A stretch of 64,000 nt of DNA. Source: Marsupella aquatica (taxonomy: Eukaryota; Plantae; Marchantiophyta). The stretch covers positions 2,347,324 through 2,411,323 of the forward strand of contig OZ316891.1 in assembly GCA_973895155.1 (NCBI GenBank). Direction: 5' to 3'. Under the pieces are notes generated by a model. It was not told the DNA's origin and did not search any database. It saw nothing but the letters and a program-made list of their open reading frames with translations. Of this stretch, positions 37,470-50,256 are shown piece by piece; position 1 is the first letter of the stretch, and every line of letters begins with the position of its first letter. The position numbers and the translations under genes were made by a program.

Positions 37470-40080
37470 GAGTCCCACAAATCGAGAGTTTTGCCCAAAT
37501 GTCATGGTTAAGCTGTTCCAAAAATATTATCTTGATCCACAATTGTTTCTGGCCGTCCTGTACAATCTCAGGTCGCACTGTGTACTTTCCATATTTTTTA
37601 TGCTGTTACTTTGTGTCACCCGTGGAACCTTTCCTCGATGGATTTCTCTACTTGCAGCCATTATCTGGGATAATGGGTCACTCGGGTGGAAGTATACTTA
37701 CCTCTCCGATGACCTCGATTAGAGAATTCTGATGAGTATGAATTGTGATGATGGCCCTGATGTTTTCGGTGCTTGCAAGCACGGTTTCATCACGGTTTCA
37801 TGCTGTTCTCAACTGTTATGGGTTTAGATTTTACCAAGCCAAAATTTTGCGCCCCTTAACTTTCCCCTTTACAGAAGAACGGCCAGGAGCTGCATTCTTT
37901 AGATAATAGCCTTCCTTGTCAGTTCAAGTTTTCTCCACCTCCGTCGATCTTTGAATCGTTGCAAGGACCTTTGTTATATCCTGTGGTCGAGGTGGTGGAT
38001 CCATCCTAAGTTGTGGCACCGGGACAGGAATGGATTGGTTGAGTTTAGCCCTGTCGTTTTTATGGCCACAGATCTGCTAGCCAAATCTGGTTGTTTCTCA
38101 GACAGGTAATGTGATTTTTCCAAGGATTTGCCTGTTATTGGATATCTTTCGGCTTTATGAGGTTTCGATTGTTTGGGTAGGTCAAGCCTCTCAAGTGAAT
38201 GTGGATTCGTCTTTTGTGGCAAGAGGCAGCTTTTCCATTCTTTGATGGTCTTCCTCACAATATTCACGTACTGAGTGACATTTTCCATTATTCGATAGTC
38301 TTCCGCACGATATCTTTGATTTTCCACGTGATGAGTCACCCAGCGGAATTCTTCCCTCTAAGATCTGTTCCCATGGACTCAGCCAGAAACGAGTACTACT
38401 TTGTTCCATTTTCTCACATGTTTTGTAGGACGAAAGTTTTCTATTTGTTTGTTTCGGCGCTCCACCAATGTCGTTGTGGGTGCAGCTTTCGCGTGGAGAT
38501 GGTTAGTCTTGCAGCATTCTTCCCTGAATCTTCCTGGTCTTGAAAATAGAATTGACATGCTCGAATGAACATCCCATGCGGGATTTGTGTACCTTCTCGT
38601 GTGCGCTCTTGACTAGGACTTGCATTGCTCTGTATGCCTAGTCTATCATAGTTTCCTCTCCTAACCCTGTTCAGCTACTAGAATGTCAGTTTGAATTGAA
38701 GTTCGAAATTCTTTGTGGGCATGCTTTTCCTTGCCTGTGATTTTCCACTGTAGGTCCCTCTTTTGCTCGTAAGTCACTTGATTTCAAATTTGGCCAACCT
38801 GCCCGTCATGTGCTAGACATAACAATGCCGATGAGCAGCAACATGTTGGCCTTGAAATTATAACTTTACTGAGCAATTTGAGCAATTAACTAGTTATATC
38901 CAAATGTCCACCAGCACAGTGAGCACGCTTTTCCTTTCATTGGAGGTCCATGTTTACAACGAGGGGTAGATCATTGCCATGATTGCCCAAGCTAGTTACT
39001 CTGGACAACGCAGATTTAATTTGGACTACCCATGCAGCATGTGGCAGCTTAAGGGTGCTGTGTTCGGTAACGTATCTTACCAATACTACTACGCATAAGC
39101 AGACACTAAGAAAATTCATTTCCTTTGTCACTTTTTCCAATGGTGGTGAAGCCATTGCCCAAACCAGTTATTCTGTATAGTAAAATATATAACCCAGCAC
39201 CTTTTTGCACGCTATACAGACTCTGTATTGCGTAGCCAGTCACTAAGAGAACTCATACTTTGCCACCCCTTTTTCCATTGGTGGTGATGCCCACTAGAGT
39301 CCACCTTGACCAAGTGAAATGGTACAGGGAAGGTGCTGGGTGGAAGGCTAGGTTTTTCATTTTTGCCCTCCCCTTTCTTATATTCAGGTCCTTTCCATCA
39401 CACCCTCTTGCTTCAAGTCACCTCTAACTCATTCCCCATGCATTGCACAAAACATGTCATGACATACATATGTTCTTATACAAAAGATCACATGGATAAA
39501 GATGTCCTTGTGAAAATCATATTGTTATGCAAAAAATGTCATGAAGGAAAATTTTTATTATGTAAAAAAGATTAGTGACTAGAGGATGTTGTTCATGTCA
39601 TTGCATAAACATGTTCTTACACAAAAAGTTCACATGTTTTGTGTCGTTCCACTAAACCATGCACTCCCATCATATGTCTCAACCTTACTAATATGTCCCA
39701 ACCAATATGTCCCAACCTTACTTATAAAGCACGACGAGAAGGTAGAGTTGGGGTCTAGGTTTCTAGTGAAGCTTCTAGACTAAGACTGGAGGGCCCCACC
39801 AAATTTATGTGCATGAGAAAAAGAATTTGCATGGATGTTGACTCTAGGGCCCCACCAAATTGATGTGCATGAGAAAAAGAATCTCCATGGATGTTAAAGT
39901 GATACATGCATGATTATTTTTGCTATAAATTTGTCAACTTAAAAGAATGGGCATTGAGACTAGTCTTGACTAAAGGTTAACTATCAATTCAAAAAGAATG
40001 GGCATTGAGACTAGTCTTGACTAAAGGTTAACTATCAATTCATTAACATTAAAAGAATGGGCATTAAGACTAGAGTCTTT

Positions 40081-41145
40081 CCCCGAACACTAGGCCCGGG
40101 CGCTATATTCGAATAGTGAGCCAAGGGGTGCTCCATTCGAATGTAGCACCCAAGGTTTTTTGTTCGAGTTTGAAGTCAATGTTTTCATTTTTTGGACTTG
40201 TGACGATGTGTTCGAAATGTGGCGTTGTGTTCAAATTTAAGGTAATGTGTTTGAATTTTGACATTGTGAGATCCATGTAGGGTGTAAGTAGGAATGATAG
40301 ACATAGAAGCTATGTGTATTAGAGACGAGTGTGTTCAATTTTAGGTTTTTTGACTTCCCAACAATATTTGCTCAGGTCAACGGATGTGTAGTTAAATAAT
40401 TGAATCACTGAAATTACACAAGAGGAGAAATCAATTTGCAATAGAAAAAACAAAACCTGACAAACCATATGTACCAAGTGTACTATTATCACTTAGTGAA
40501 ATATATTAGTCCACTTTTCACAGTTGTTTGGTTAATTATGACCAATTTGCTCTTTCACTATTTAATATTTCTTCATGCAATCTGGAATGTTTGTGAGACT
40601 GCTTTGTTTCTATTGGAGTGCCTGGATCTTGAGGGCAATGGAAAATTGAAAATATAGAAAGTGAATCATCAGACCTAATTATGCATGTAGGCACTATGGG
40701 TTTCTTTGAAAAGACGCCGTGGCGTCACTTAGAGGTTGATGTGAAAGTCCGTTGAAAGTTCACACAGCAGAAGAATATATCGATACTTCCGGATTGTTGC
40801 TTAACATTTTGGAAACCATGCACATTTCTCCAAGAATAAAGGATTTTGAAATTAGCTTACATTTCTCAAAGGACAATGGATTTTGTAAGTTGAAAGAGCG
40901 GATGTGTCGGACGGTTTTGAGTAAAAAATTGTAGTTGCAACCCGGTTACTTTTCTCTTATATTCACTTGTGCACATTTTAGAACACAAAGTCAATTTTGA
41001 ACACGGCGCCCGGGCGCTGTGTTTATATGGCAATGTGTTTGAGTGAAAACTACTTCTTTGCTTAAAGTCCCTGTTTCGACCATATTCAAACACAGCCTAA
41101 AGTCCCTGTTTTGACCATATTCGAACACAGTGCCCGGGCTCGGGG
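40081..41145. mobile_element. Non-autonomous TIR DNA transposon (~1.06 kb)
   Basis: Inverted termini GCCCGGGCGCTATATTCGAATA (40094-40115) and TATTCGAACACAGTGCCCGGGC (41118-41139), extended by CCCCGA/TCGGGG. Subterminal copies of the GTGTTCGAA/CCCGGG motif; no ORF. Confidence 0.7.
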
Positions 41146-44100
41146 CCTCAATCCAAGAAGTGTCCATATCACGCGCGAAGTTTTGGGGGAATAAACACCC
41201 TAAAAATTAAGTCAATAAAGTTTTTTTTAGTAATTTTTTTACCCCTAACTTAATAGAATATTTTCAAATTTGATTTTAAAAAACCCTATGATTCTTAGAA
41301 TTCTCAAAATTGGATTAAAATAACCCTAATGTTATTCAAATTTTTTTTAAAGTATTTCACTAAACACAATAAAAAAACCCTGTACTTATTCGCGCATGAT
41401 GGATAAGAAGAAAAGAAATGAGGACCGACCCCGGAAGGTTAACTTTAGTCAATTATCATTATGCATCAATTCCCAGGCTCATTGCAGGGTGCATATAATA
41501 AATGTCTGTGGCGGATTTAACATTCCCTCTCGTTTGTTAGAGTTGTATAGTTAAAGTCTGTACCATGCCCCTTGCATACAGATTGAATGAACCCAAATGT
41601 CCACATAAATTAAATGTTTTCAGAAATAACAACAAAACTGAGATGAGGTAAAGTCTGTGTCTTCCCTTTGAAGATACAAGACCGGTGCTCGAAACTTGTT
41701 ATCTGCTCGGTGAAGACTTTTTAAGAGTGGAGCTCCAACAATCAGGCAATCGATTTTATCTGGCCGAGCTGAGGAACGAAGTTTGGAAATCGATGCAGAC
41801 CTCCACGCATGTTGGAAATGGTTGCTTTCTGCAGAAAAGGGCAAATTTAATGGAGAGCTGCATGATTGTTGGACTCATATCCATCGAGAGCGCAAAGATT
41901 GAAGAGCAAAAAAGATGGGAAAAAGTTTGAGAGATGCGTTTTAGTATGATTGATTGGAGAAATGTGTCCTTCTTCGAGGCTCTCCAATAACAGCGCGCAG
42001 GCTGAGACACAAGGCGTTGTTCGTTCGTTTCTGGATTCTTGACTCTCCTGTATATCTCCTTCATTCAATGCCGAGATTGAACTTCACTCTCGTGTATGTT
42101 CATTGGTCCTCAATCGATCTCGGCGGGACTCTTTTCTATGTTGGATTCGTTTCTGTGTTGGATTCGTTTCTGTGTTGGTTTCGGACTTTGTTCGCTCTCT
42201 ATCGAGTAAGTGTTTGGTTTCTTGGACTCGGCGAATTCGAAAGATATTCACACGTTTCGCGGAGGATTAAGTACTCGAAGCATTAGCGATGGTGAAGACC
42301 GACGTGCTTGCCTGCAGAATAAGTTTGGAGATGATGTCCAGAAATCAGGCAGATCGAACAAAGCCGAATGATGATATAACCTCCAACGACGGCCAATGGA
42401 CATTAACCGAGACATGAACACGGGTGCTTCCAACTTTCCCGCATACTCTGGCTCTTCTGCGCCTCGCCGGAGAGATTTGTCTCGTCTGGATGTGTGATTG
42501 TGTGACCTGGCGATTGGAGAGCCTTCACGGTGCAACAGCGAATCTGTAACGATCTGTTCAAAGATGCCGCCCGGAGTGTAAGCAGGAGGATAAGTAAATT
42601 GTAGCTATCTATAAAGTAGCCATACCTACGCGAGGATGAAGCGCCTACCGTAGCGTAGAAAGGCTGTTTCTACTTGTAGACTGGTTTTCAAAAGTGTCAA
42701 ACAGTTTGCCGAAAGAGTAAGTTATGCTGCCGACAGTAGGGTAGAACAGTGTCCAGTAGTGTACAGGTGATATCAGAGCGGATAAGGGACGACGATTGTG
42801 CCATATCAAGCAAGACCACTCGACCGACAGCAGAGGTAGTCGGAATGCATTTTTTTTATCGATGGCGGACGGTGGTCAGAGATGGCGACGCGTACCTCTA
42901 CTCTAGTAGTAGATATGTGTTTCCATTTCTTCCCATCGAAGGTTTCCTCTTACTTTACACTGGATGACTCACTGCACTCTTACTTTTGTGTTACTCCGTT
43001 CTCCGAGGCCGTGGCCGCTGCTACGGTCGCGGAGGTGCATGATGATGGAAGTGGTCGCTTCACATTCGAGTTTCCTGCACTAGCTGGACCCCCGCACCGG
43101 CTCCATTATCTGGCAACCCTGCGCGGCTGCAGGAAGGGAGGCCGTGTGAAGCGAAGAATAACATCTCTGCGGAAGCGACGGAGGTCACTGAACCTGTCCT
43201 GTCTACGCACAAGCGTCGGCAGACAGCACCACAAATCCGTGAGGCCGCAGCGTTGCGGGCATGTGCACAACCGTACTTGGAGGAGTTAGAAGATCGCTTG
43301 CGCAGAGGTGATCGTGAATTTGGAGCCCATGCCTGTCGCGCGAATTCCAACATATTCTCAAGTACTGTTATCTGCAGCTGTATCGTCGTTTGCAATTCTA
43401 TCCGGGCCCGGCACCTTTGACGCGACCCACGCAACGACGTCTGTGGACGATGTGAACGATCCTTCGTTACTTTAGCTCCAGGAACAACAGCAGAACGTCA
43501 AATGTTAACAAGCAATCATGATCATCAGAATCAGGGTAATGAAGTGATCAGAAAGCTCTTTTTATGGACTTTGGGATTCCGCAAGGAGGGTGAATTGTGC
43601 TAGAATTCACTGTCAGGGTACCTGAGAGTAAAGAATTCGTGGCAGCGGTCTTGCTCAATTTCGCACTATCATCGAATATTTGTTCTTGGTGGATATCGAC
43701 CCGAAAGTTTTCAGGAAGTATGAGGTTTATGGAGTTTGATAGGACGTTAGGCCTCTGAACTTTCGATTAATCCATACGGACGGTTAGGGTACGTCAAGGA
43801 TTTCGTTCTCACCTTATGGAATTGAGCAAGAGTGCAGCCGCAGTGGATGGTGTCTGGTGACTAAACCCTCGGTACTACTAGATTCATGAAGCTCTAAAAT
43901 CTTGGCTCCACAATTTTCCTGGTCTGAGTTTGCCCGAGTTCCGTGCCCGAGTCGGATGTGTAGTTTAATCTAACGGTACTTCTGCACTGAGGTTCTAATT
44001 ATCGGTGAAGCCGCTGATGAATTTCGTGAGCCAAGATCAGGCATTGGGTTTCAGATTCGTGCACTCTCTTCCGCGGTGGAACGACAGTAGGTTTGTAGGT

Positions 44101-44225
44101 TAGGATCGAATCGGGCGCGAGGATGTGGGACTCTTCTTATTTCCGAACTTGAGTTGAACAGAATTTTACAAGCCAGGGTCTGGAGGGTTCAGTGGCGGTA
44201 CACGACGACCTCTTGGCTTGTCACC

Positions 44226-44630
44226 ATGTGTTGTTGTTGCCACGAGGGAGAATGTTGCGAGTACGGGTTTTTTGCTCATGCATTCATTGTATGTCTGACG
44301 GCTGGGTTTGCCCTCAGTAGTGAAGTGTGCGAATGCACAATACCAGGGTTCTCGTACACTAGTGCGCCTGGAGTCATTCACAAACAGTGTCTGTGCTGCT
44401 ACACCACTACAAGCTGGACTCCTGCTCCGACCGTGCCCGTCAACTTTTGGTGCTTGTGCAATTTGTGCTTCTGTGGCTTCGATTTCGGTAATTACCATGA
44501 AACGAGTGCAAAACCCGACGATCCGCAAACAATCATCTCTGCTCCGGTTTCGCAGATTGTGTCTCGGCAGGAAGATAAGCCGGCTTATCCGGCCATTGTG
44601 AGTCCTGCTGCCCATGGCCAACTCGCGTGA
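44226..44630 (+). CDS. Hypothetical Cys-rich protein (134 aa), unknown family
   Basis: ATG in CACCATG context; MCCCCHEGECC...; 16 Cys in the first 83 aa, one hydrophobic stretch, Pro-rich tail; plausible splice acceptor just upstream (~44175). Confidence 0.6.
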   Translation: MCCCCHEGECCEYGFFAHAFIVCLTAGFALSSEVCECTIPGFSYTSAPGVIHKQCLCCYTTTSWTPAPTVPVNFWCLCNLCFCGFDFGNYHETSAKPDDPQTIISAPVSQIVSRQEDKPAYPAIVSPAAHGQLA

Positions 44631-46888
44631 GTCATCTTTGCTGAACATTCTTCACATCCACGGAGAAAGTAAAATATTCTCCTTTAGTTTGTCTTTGTCA
44701 GACGTTTCATGGAATCTTACATGAAAAAACGTTTTACAGATCGAAAACGACCTTGACGAGTAATAGAGTAGTCAATTTAAAGTCTAGGACGAGTTCTTGA
44801 GATTTACAGTAGATGTCACTAAGTACTATATTAGAGAGGGTGGAAAGTCTTCCTTTAGTTCGTCGTTTGTCTGCCGCTTCTTGGCATCAACTTTAGAAAA
44901 GGTCTACAGTACAGATGATCGGTACGATGAAAAGTTTCATCTAATGTCTAGTCAGATCGTAAAGATGCGCGCGCTCCGAATGAACGAATGGCCAGTTTGA
45001 ACTGAACGTAGGATACTAGTTTAAACGCCAAGTACCTGCCGGATTGATTGAGCATCAAGATTCACTTGCATGATTGATGGAGTGATCCGCAGAAGCTGTA
45101 AAATTGCCAAGCCTATAATTGTAGAGTCATCGTGAGGCGTGCTGTTATGTGTGCATTAACATTTTCAGTCCGTCTGAAACTTTCATGAACGGGGATACAT
45201 TGTATGACCGTGTGCTTCATTCTTTCTAGCCTGGCTTTCAGAAAGGCATATGTTTCGCGTGCAGGAAATTATGGCTTACATTATTACATTTAAAGGTCGA
45301 TTAAGTAGTTAATTCGGATCGCGGTCAATAGTCAGACTCCTGAATCCAGAATTTGCAGCATCTGTCTATAGAAGATTTTCTCTGCCAATTGGAGCCAAAT
45401 TTTTTGATCGATCACTGTCAGTTCAAAGTTAGCTGAGGAAGAGTTTGAAGTTACGCGTAGGTCCAGCGCACATTGTGATGAAGCATGTCTACTAATGAAC
45501 CAATCCATTACTACTACTCTCGTGTGTCCAAGTTCCGAACTTAGTGCAGATTGACGACTCAATTAGCCATTAGTCCAGTTGACAGAGTTCGGATCTGGAC
45601 AGACATGCAGTTCGATGATAGGCGATGAGCGAATTCAAATATGGGCAGCTGTGGATCAATCTTCAGGTTCCGGAGAAGAACGATCTCCAGGCAAATCAAT
45701 TTCCGAATTTAACATTACCACAGATTGACGAGATGTCAATTTTTCGAATTCAGTGCAGATTGACAAATGTTTTGCCATATAGATTCGTCTACAGAACCTA
45801 CCGATGAGTGTATCTAGGATCTGATTTGATGTTTTTGAAACGGCGCAAATAAGAGAGAGTTCGATCACAGACCTCCTAATCGTACAATTCCAATTTGTCT
45901 GGGACCACCTGCAGCAATTACGGGTGCCTTTGCCATGACGCACAAAATCAGTCGCCAATGGATGTAGGTAAACTATACCTATCTTCAAAATGCATGGACT
46001 TCCAACCGCGGTTCAGACATCTTCTCTTCATTGGGCGGCTTGCAATTTTCGATCTCGTGTCGTCGTTGATTCCTCGCAAATAATAATTGAAGTGCAATCC
46101 TGTTTCTAATTCTCAACGCTTTAGCATTTAAAATCCTCCAGCACTTCATATCTTTGCTTGTTGATGATGAATTGTCGTCTTTTCATTCCTTCTTGCTCAT
46201 GTCGTCAAGGCCGTTAACTGAGCCATGTAGCCGCCTCCTAGAGCAAAGCCAAGTGAATGCTGCATTGATCATCATTACCCTGACTGTTAGAGGCGGCAAG
46301 CGGCCTCATGAGATGAAATAACACAGGCCGGACAGAATCAAAGATTCGCAGAGATTCGATTTTTTCTTTCTTGAAATATTCACATGTCCGTGAGAAACGG
46401 ACCCCCCCGAACTGAGTGCCTGGCGGACTGTGCTGATTTTGATGTCGATTCAATTCAGGCAAATCGAACAATTGAACCACTCCGGGTTTTTGCGAAGAAT
46501 TTTCGAACTATTCAACCACTCGCAGCTTTTCAAGAAGTCCAGAAAACCTCGCACCGGAAGCTAGGCACATATCGAACAATTCAACCAAGCCAGCTTTTCC
46601 AGATGACCTGACAAACTCGGACAGCAAGACAATATCGAACGCTTCAACCTCTCCAGCTCTGGCTCCAGCTTGTCCAGAAAAGTCTCTGGCAGCACGACAT
46701 ACCCCGGCTTACTACCCTAGGCTACAGGTACCGGTGGGCCATGACAGTGCTCTTCGTGGCTTTACACCAATGCGAGATACGAACGAGGCATCATTCACCT
46801 GGACAAATGGAGTTTGCGCTGGACGAGTTTCAACATGGAGCAGTGGAGCATGTTTGCATTCAGGAAGGCAGGTAGGACAGGGCCGACA

Positions 46889-47725
46889 GGCACAAGTCAG
46901 ACAACACAGTGCCGGCCTGCTATTGTAAGAATTCCACGTACACAGTACTCGTGACATGGATCTTCGAGAGACGGGAAAGCTGTTGAATAGAAGCCACAGG
47001 TCAGACACAATGCTGGCTGGCCTTAGTACTGTTACGACAAACATTCACCATACATGATCAGTGCTCGTGAATTGGACCGCTGATAATCGGGAAAGCTGTT
47101 GAATGGAATCGACACGTCGGACACAATGCAAGCTGGTCTTACGGTTACCGTCAGCATACATCATCCGTGCTCGTGAAATGGATCTTGGAGAGACGGGAAA
47201 GCTGTTGCGAGAAGGCACAAGTTAGACACAATGCTGGCTGGCCTTACTGTTACGGTCAACATTGAGCATACAAGATCAGTACTCATGCAATGGGTCTTTG
47301 ATAGACGGGAAAGCTCTTCAATCGAAGCCACAAGGACTTTACTGTTACGGTAAGCATTCGCATCCACCATCACTACTTGTGAACGAATAGACTTGATCAC
47401 TGGAAAGCTGTCGAATACAGGGCACAAGTCGAACACAATATAAGACCTGCTCTTGCAAGAATGCAGTACACAACATTACTACTTGTGAACTACTGTCGGT
47501 ATTTTGATAGACTGGATTCAAAGCTGGCCAGTGAGTACACATGCGGGCCCAACTGTGGTAAGAATTCAGTGTACAAACAGTAGTACTTACTCGTGAAATT
47601 AATGGACCCTCGATAGAGAGGAAAGCTGCTGAAAGGTCTACAATTATTTGTGTCTGTACTAAGAGTTCAGGATATCGCAGGACCCGTGAAGTCATGGATC
47701 ATTCTTCGATAGACGAGAAAGCTTT
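46889..47725. repeat. Degenerate tandem array, about 8 units of ~95-117 bp
   Basis: Core GTACTCGTGA..TGGATCTT.GA.AGACGGGAAAGCTGTTGAA recurs at ~46944, 47061, 47167, 47279, 47373, 47479, 47587 and 47680. Confidence 0.8.
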
Positions 47726-47829
47726 AGAGTGGCCAGAGTAATTCTCTGAGCAAGCTGGAAGACCTCGCAGAATTGGAGCGGGTAACTACTAAGGGTAGAC
47801 GGATCGTATGAGGCTTTGATTCTCCATTG

Positions 47830-48130
47830 GAAATAGTCAGCAGTCAATCAAAGCCAAATTCCTTGTAACCTTGCCGCCCCCATGGAATTACTTCTCCATT
47901 GTTTTGGTGCACCCCAGGTTTGAACTGAGGGACACGTTGTGGTATATATTCCCCCACCAGGACATAGGCAAATAGGCGTCCATATCTATCAATTGGTTTC
48001 CCGTGGAACTTGCTTCTACGTTATTTTGGTGCATCCTCAACTGGAGTTGTTCCTTGAAATGTTTGGCCATAGGCGTTTCCAAGGTATTTAGGTCCTCCAT
48101 TTGGGGCACCCGTTTATGAAAACTTCAAAC
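47830..48130 (-). mobile_element. Decayed LINE (L1-like) ORF2 fragment downstream of the RT core
   Basis: Frameshifted minus-strand translation gives PKYLG...FHGK...GRLF..VLVG..IYH.VSL....C.K.ME...WGGK...LAL, matching the KYLG..WKGK.LS..GR..L..IPIY.M....FLWG pattern of plant LINEs. Confidence 0.45.
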
Positions 48131-50256
48131 TCACACGTTCAGGTTGGGGTGGAAATTGATAATGTAGCGCAATGATGACCCAGAAATTTGGAAAATACTT
48201 GTCTTGGGTCCTTAATAAATATGAAGGTAAGAATAACAAACTATGTAGTTAAGTGGAGATTGGAGCTCCCAGGCTATTATTTATGGGAAGCCTATTCTAT
48301 TCTGACAAACTAGTGCACTGCATGCCATGGGTTCCTGAGTGGAGGTGAAATTCTGATTAATTTTTGTCTCACTATCCTTACAACAATGTGGAGTGACACT
48401 TGGTGCAACTTTACAACTTGAGTTGTGACTAAGAGCCGTCTTGCAAGTAGACGGTCCTCAAATAAGTGGCCCTTTATATAACATGCACCGGGCTATGAGT
48501 GAGTGAGGCATGCCCCTTTGCTAGGCAGTCCTCACGGCAGAAAACAAGGAGTTGTAAGTGCAAGGGCCGCACCTTTGCAGCCCTTCCCATCCCTGTCTTG
48601 AAAAAGAACAAATACTGGCCTGTATTATCAAGGGGCAAAAACTACTTGCAATTGGGTGGGTGCATGTTATACCTCTGATGATTATGTGCAGATTTGAGAC
48701 CTGACTTTTTACCCACATCTTCTGGTTGGTAAGGGCTGTATTTTTAAAGACCTTGCGCATGCAAGACAAGCCCAAGTGGCCCACCTCCACTTTAGAAAAT
48801 TGGTCTTAAAGCTTAGTTTAGGTTCAACACAGCTCAAATTTGGAATGCCTTGTCAAATAAGAAAAGTTCATAAGCCTTCACCTCTTGTAGGATGGATGTT
48901 GTGCCCAATCAACACATTGCTACACAACATACATTGCATGTCACACACATCCAAACATAGGCACGATACAACATCACAAGCATACGAGAATGAAATATAA
49001 GTGAAACTCAACTTTGCCAATAAACCCTAAACAATGTCCAAACCTCACAATACTTTCAACAATGATCAATGCTAACAACATGCAATTGATCTTGCCCAAT
49101 CCGATCACGCATATTTGTTGAGACAAACGCACCTTGCGTTCAAGGAATCCAGGTTCATGTGCACACAATCTGGTTGGCCACACAATGGGGGCTCAACCTC
49201 AAAACCCCAACATCAAAAGATGAGGTATTGAAGTCACCACAGAGGGATAATTATCCCTTCAAATGTACAAAAACCCTAAACTGCTCAAATAACACACCTA
49301 TGAAAATTTTTAAACTTAAACAACATTATATACTCTAATAGTATTCATAATGGTGTGACATTGTCACTATCTTAAATCACACCTGCCACTATAAAAGTCT
49401 CATTCTATGTCTCACTACTCACCATAAAAGGTGGAACACTAGCACGTTTTGTGGAATACTTGCCAAAAAAAAGTTTTGCAGTCAGCACCTTTTGTGGAGC
49501 TCAAAGCCCATTTTTGAATTTTTACTGCTTAGAATGAGAGCTACTGGTTACCCGTCCTTAGAATGAGAGCTACTGGTTACCCGTAGCCCTTTATAGGGGC
49601 AGGTGTGGTTTAATACAATGTAAAACTATTTGAACACTTGTAGGATTGTCCTAACAATGCACACTAGAATTATTTGGGGAATTAAATGGGTTTCTTTTGT
49701 ACTGTTCTTGTTGAGTGCTCAACAAGAACAACGAATGAACGCTTTGTCCTCCTTTGGCTGAAGAGCCTCCTCACAAGCTTTGTGTCGTATGATTTTTTCT
49801 GAGTATCTATGTCAAACACTCCATTACCAGGTTTACATTGTTTTTCAACTGAGAAAAGAGAAAACATTATCTTGTCCACTTGGCGAACCTGATTGTCCTG
49901 ACGGTAACAGCAACATGAGCAGCAGATAAAATTACCACTTCGGTCAGTGGAGAAATCCCAGCTGCAGAAAATCTTAGCTGCAGAAAATCTTAGCAGCACG
50001 AAGAGCACATCAGCGGAATGCGCTCGCTGAGGCTGAGGTCTAGTGTGCAGTACAGTAGTAGTTGCAAGAAAATCAGCCACGGTGGATTGTGCTTGCTGGG
50101 GCTGGAGGTTTAGCACACAGTCGTAGCAACAGAAATCAGCCGAGGGACAGTTTACTTTCGGCGGAGCAGAATAGAGAAGAGCAGAGAAGAGCAGAGCACG
50201 GCTTGCGACTGTGATATCATTTCGTTGCAGCTGTTTTTTTGTGGTTGATGTTGGAG

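Noticed and set aside
44166-44648. 160-aa antisense ORF over the Cys-rich gene
   Set aside because: Most likely a shadow ORF; no recognisable motifs.
46889-47725. CRISPR-like repeat-spacer array
   Set aside because: Repeats are degenerate, the intervening sequences are homologous to each other, there are no cas genes, and the context is eukaryotic.
47945-47985. Thermonuclease-like motif DRYGRLFAYV on the minus strand
   Set aside because: No other SNase motifs and a stop just upstream; the flanking KYLG and WG motifs fit a decayed LINE better.
48521-49183. Possible copia GAG-pre-integrase remnant (GHLGLSCMRK)
   Set aside because: Only a single short motif; no integrase catalytic motifs or LTRs seen.
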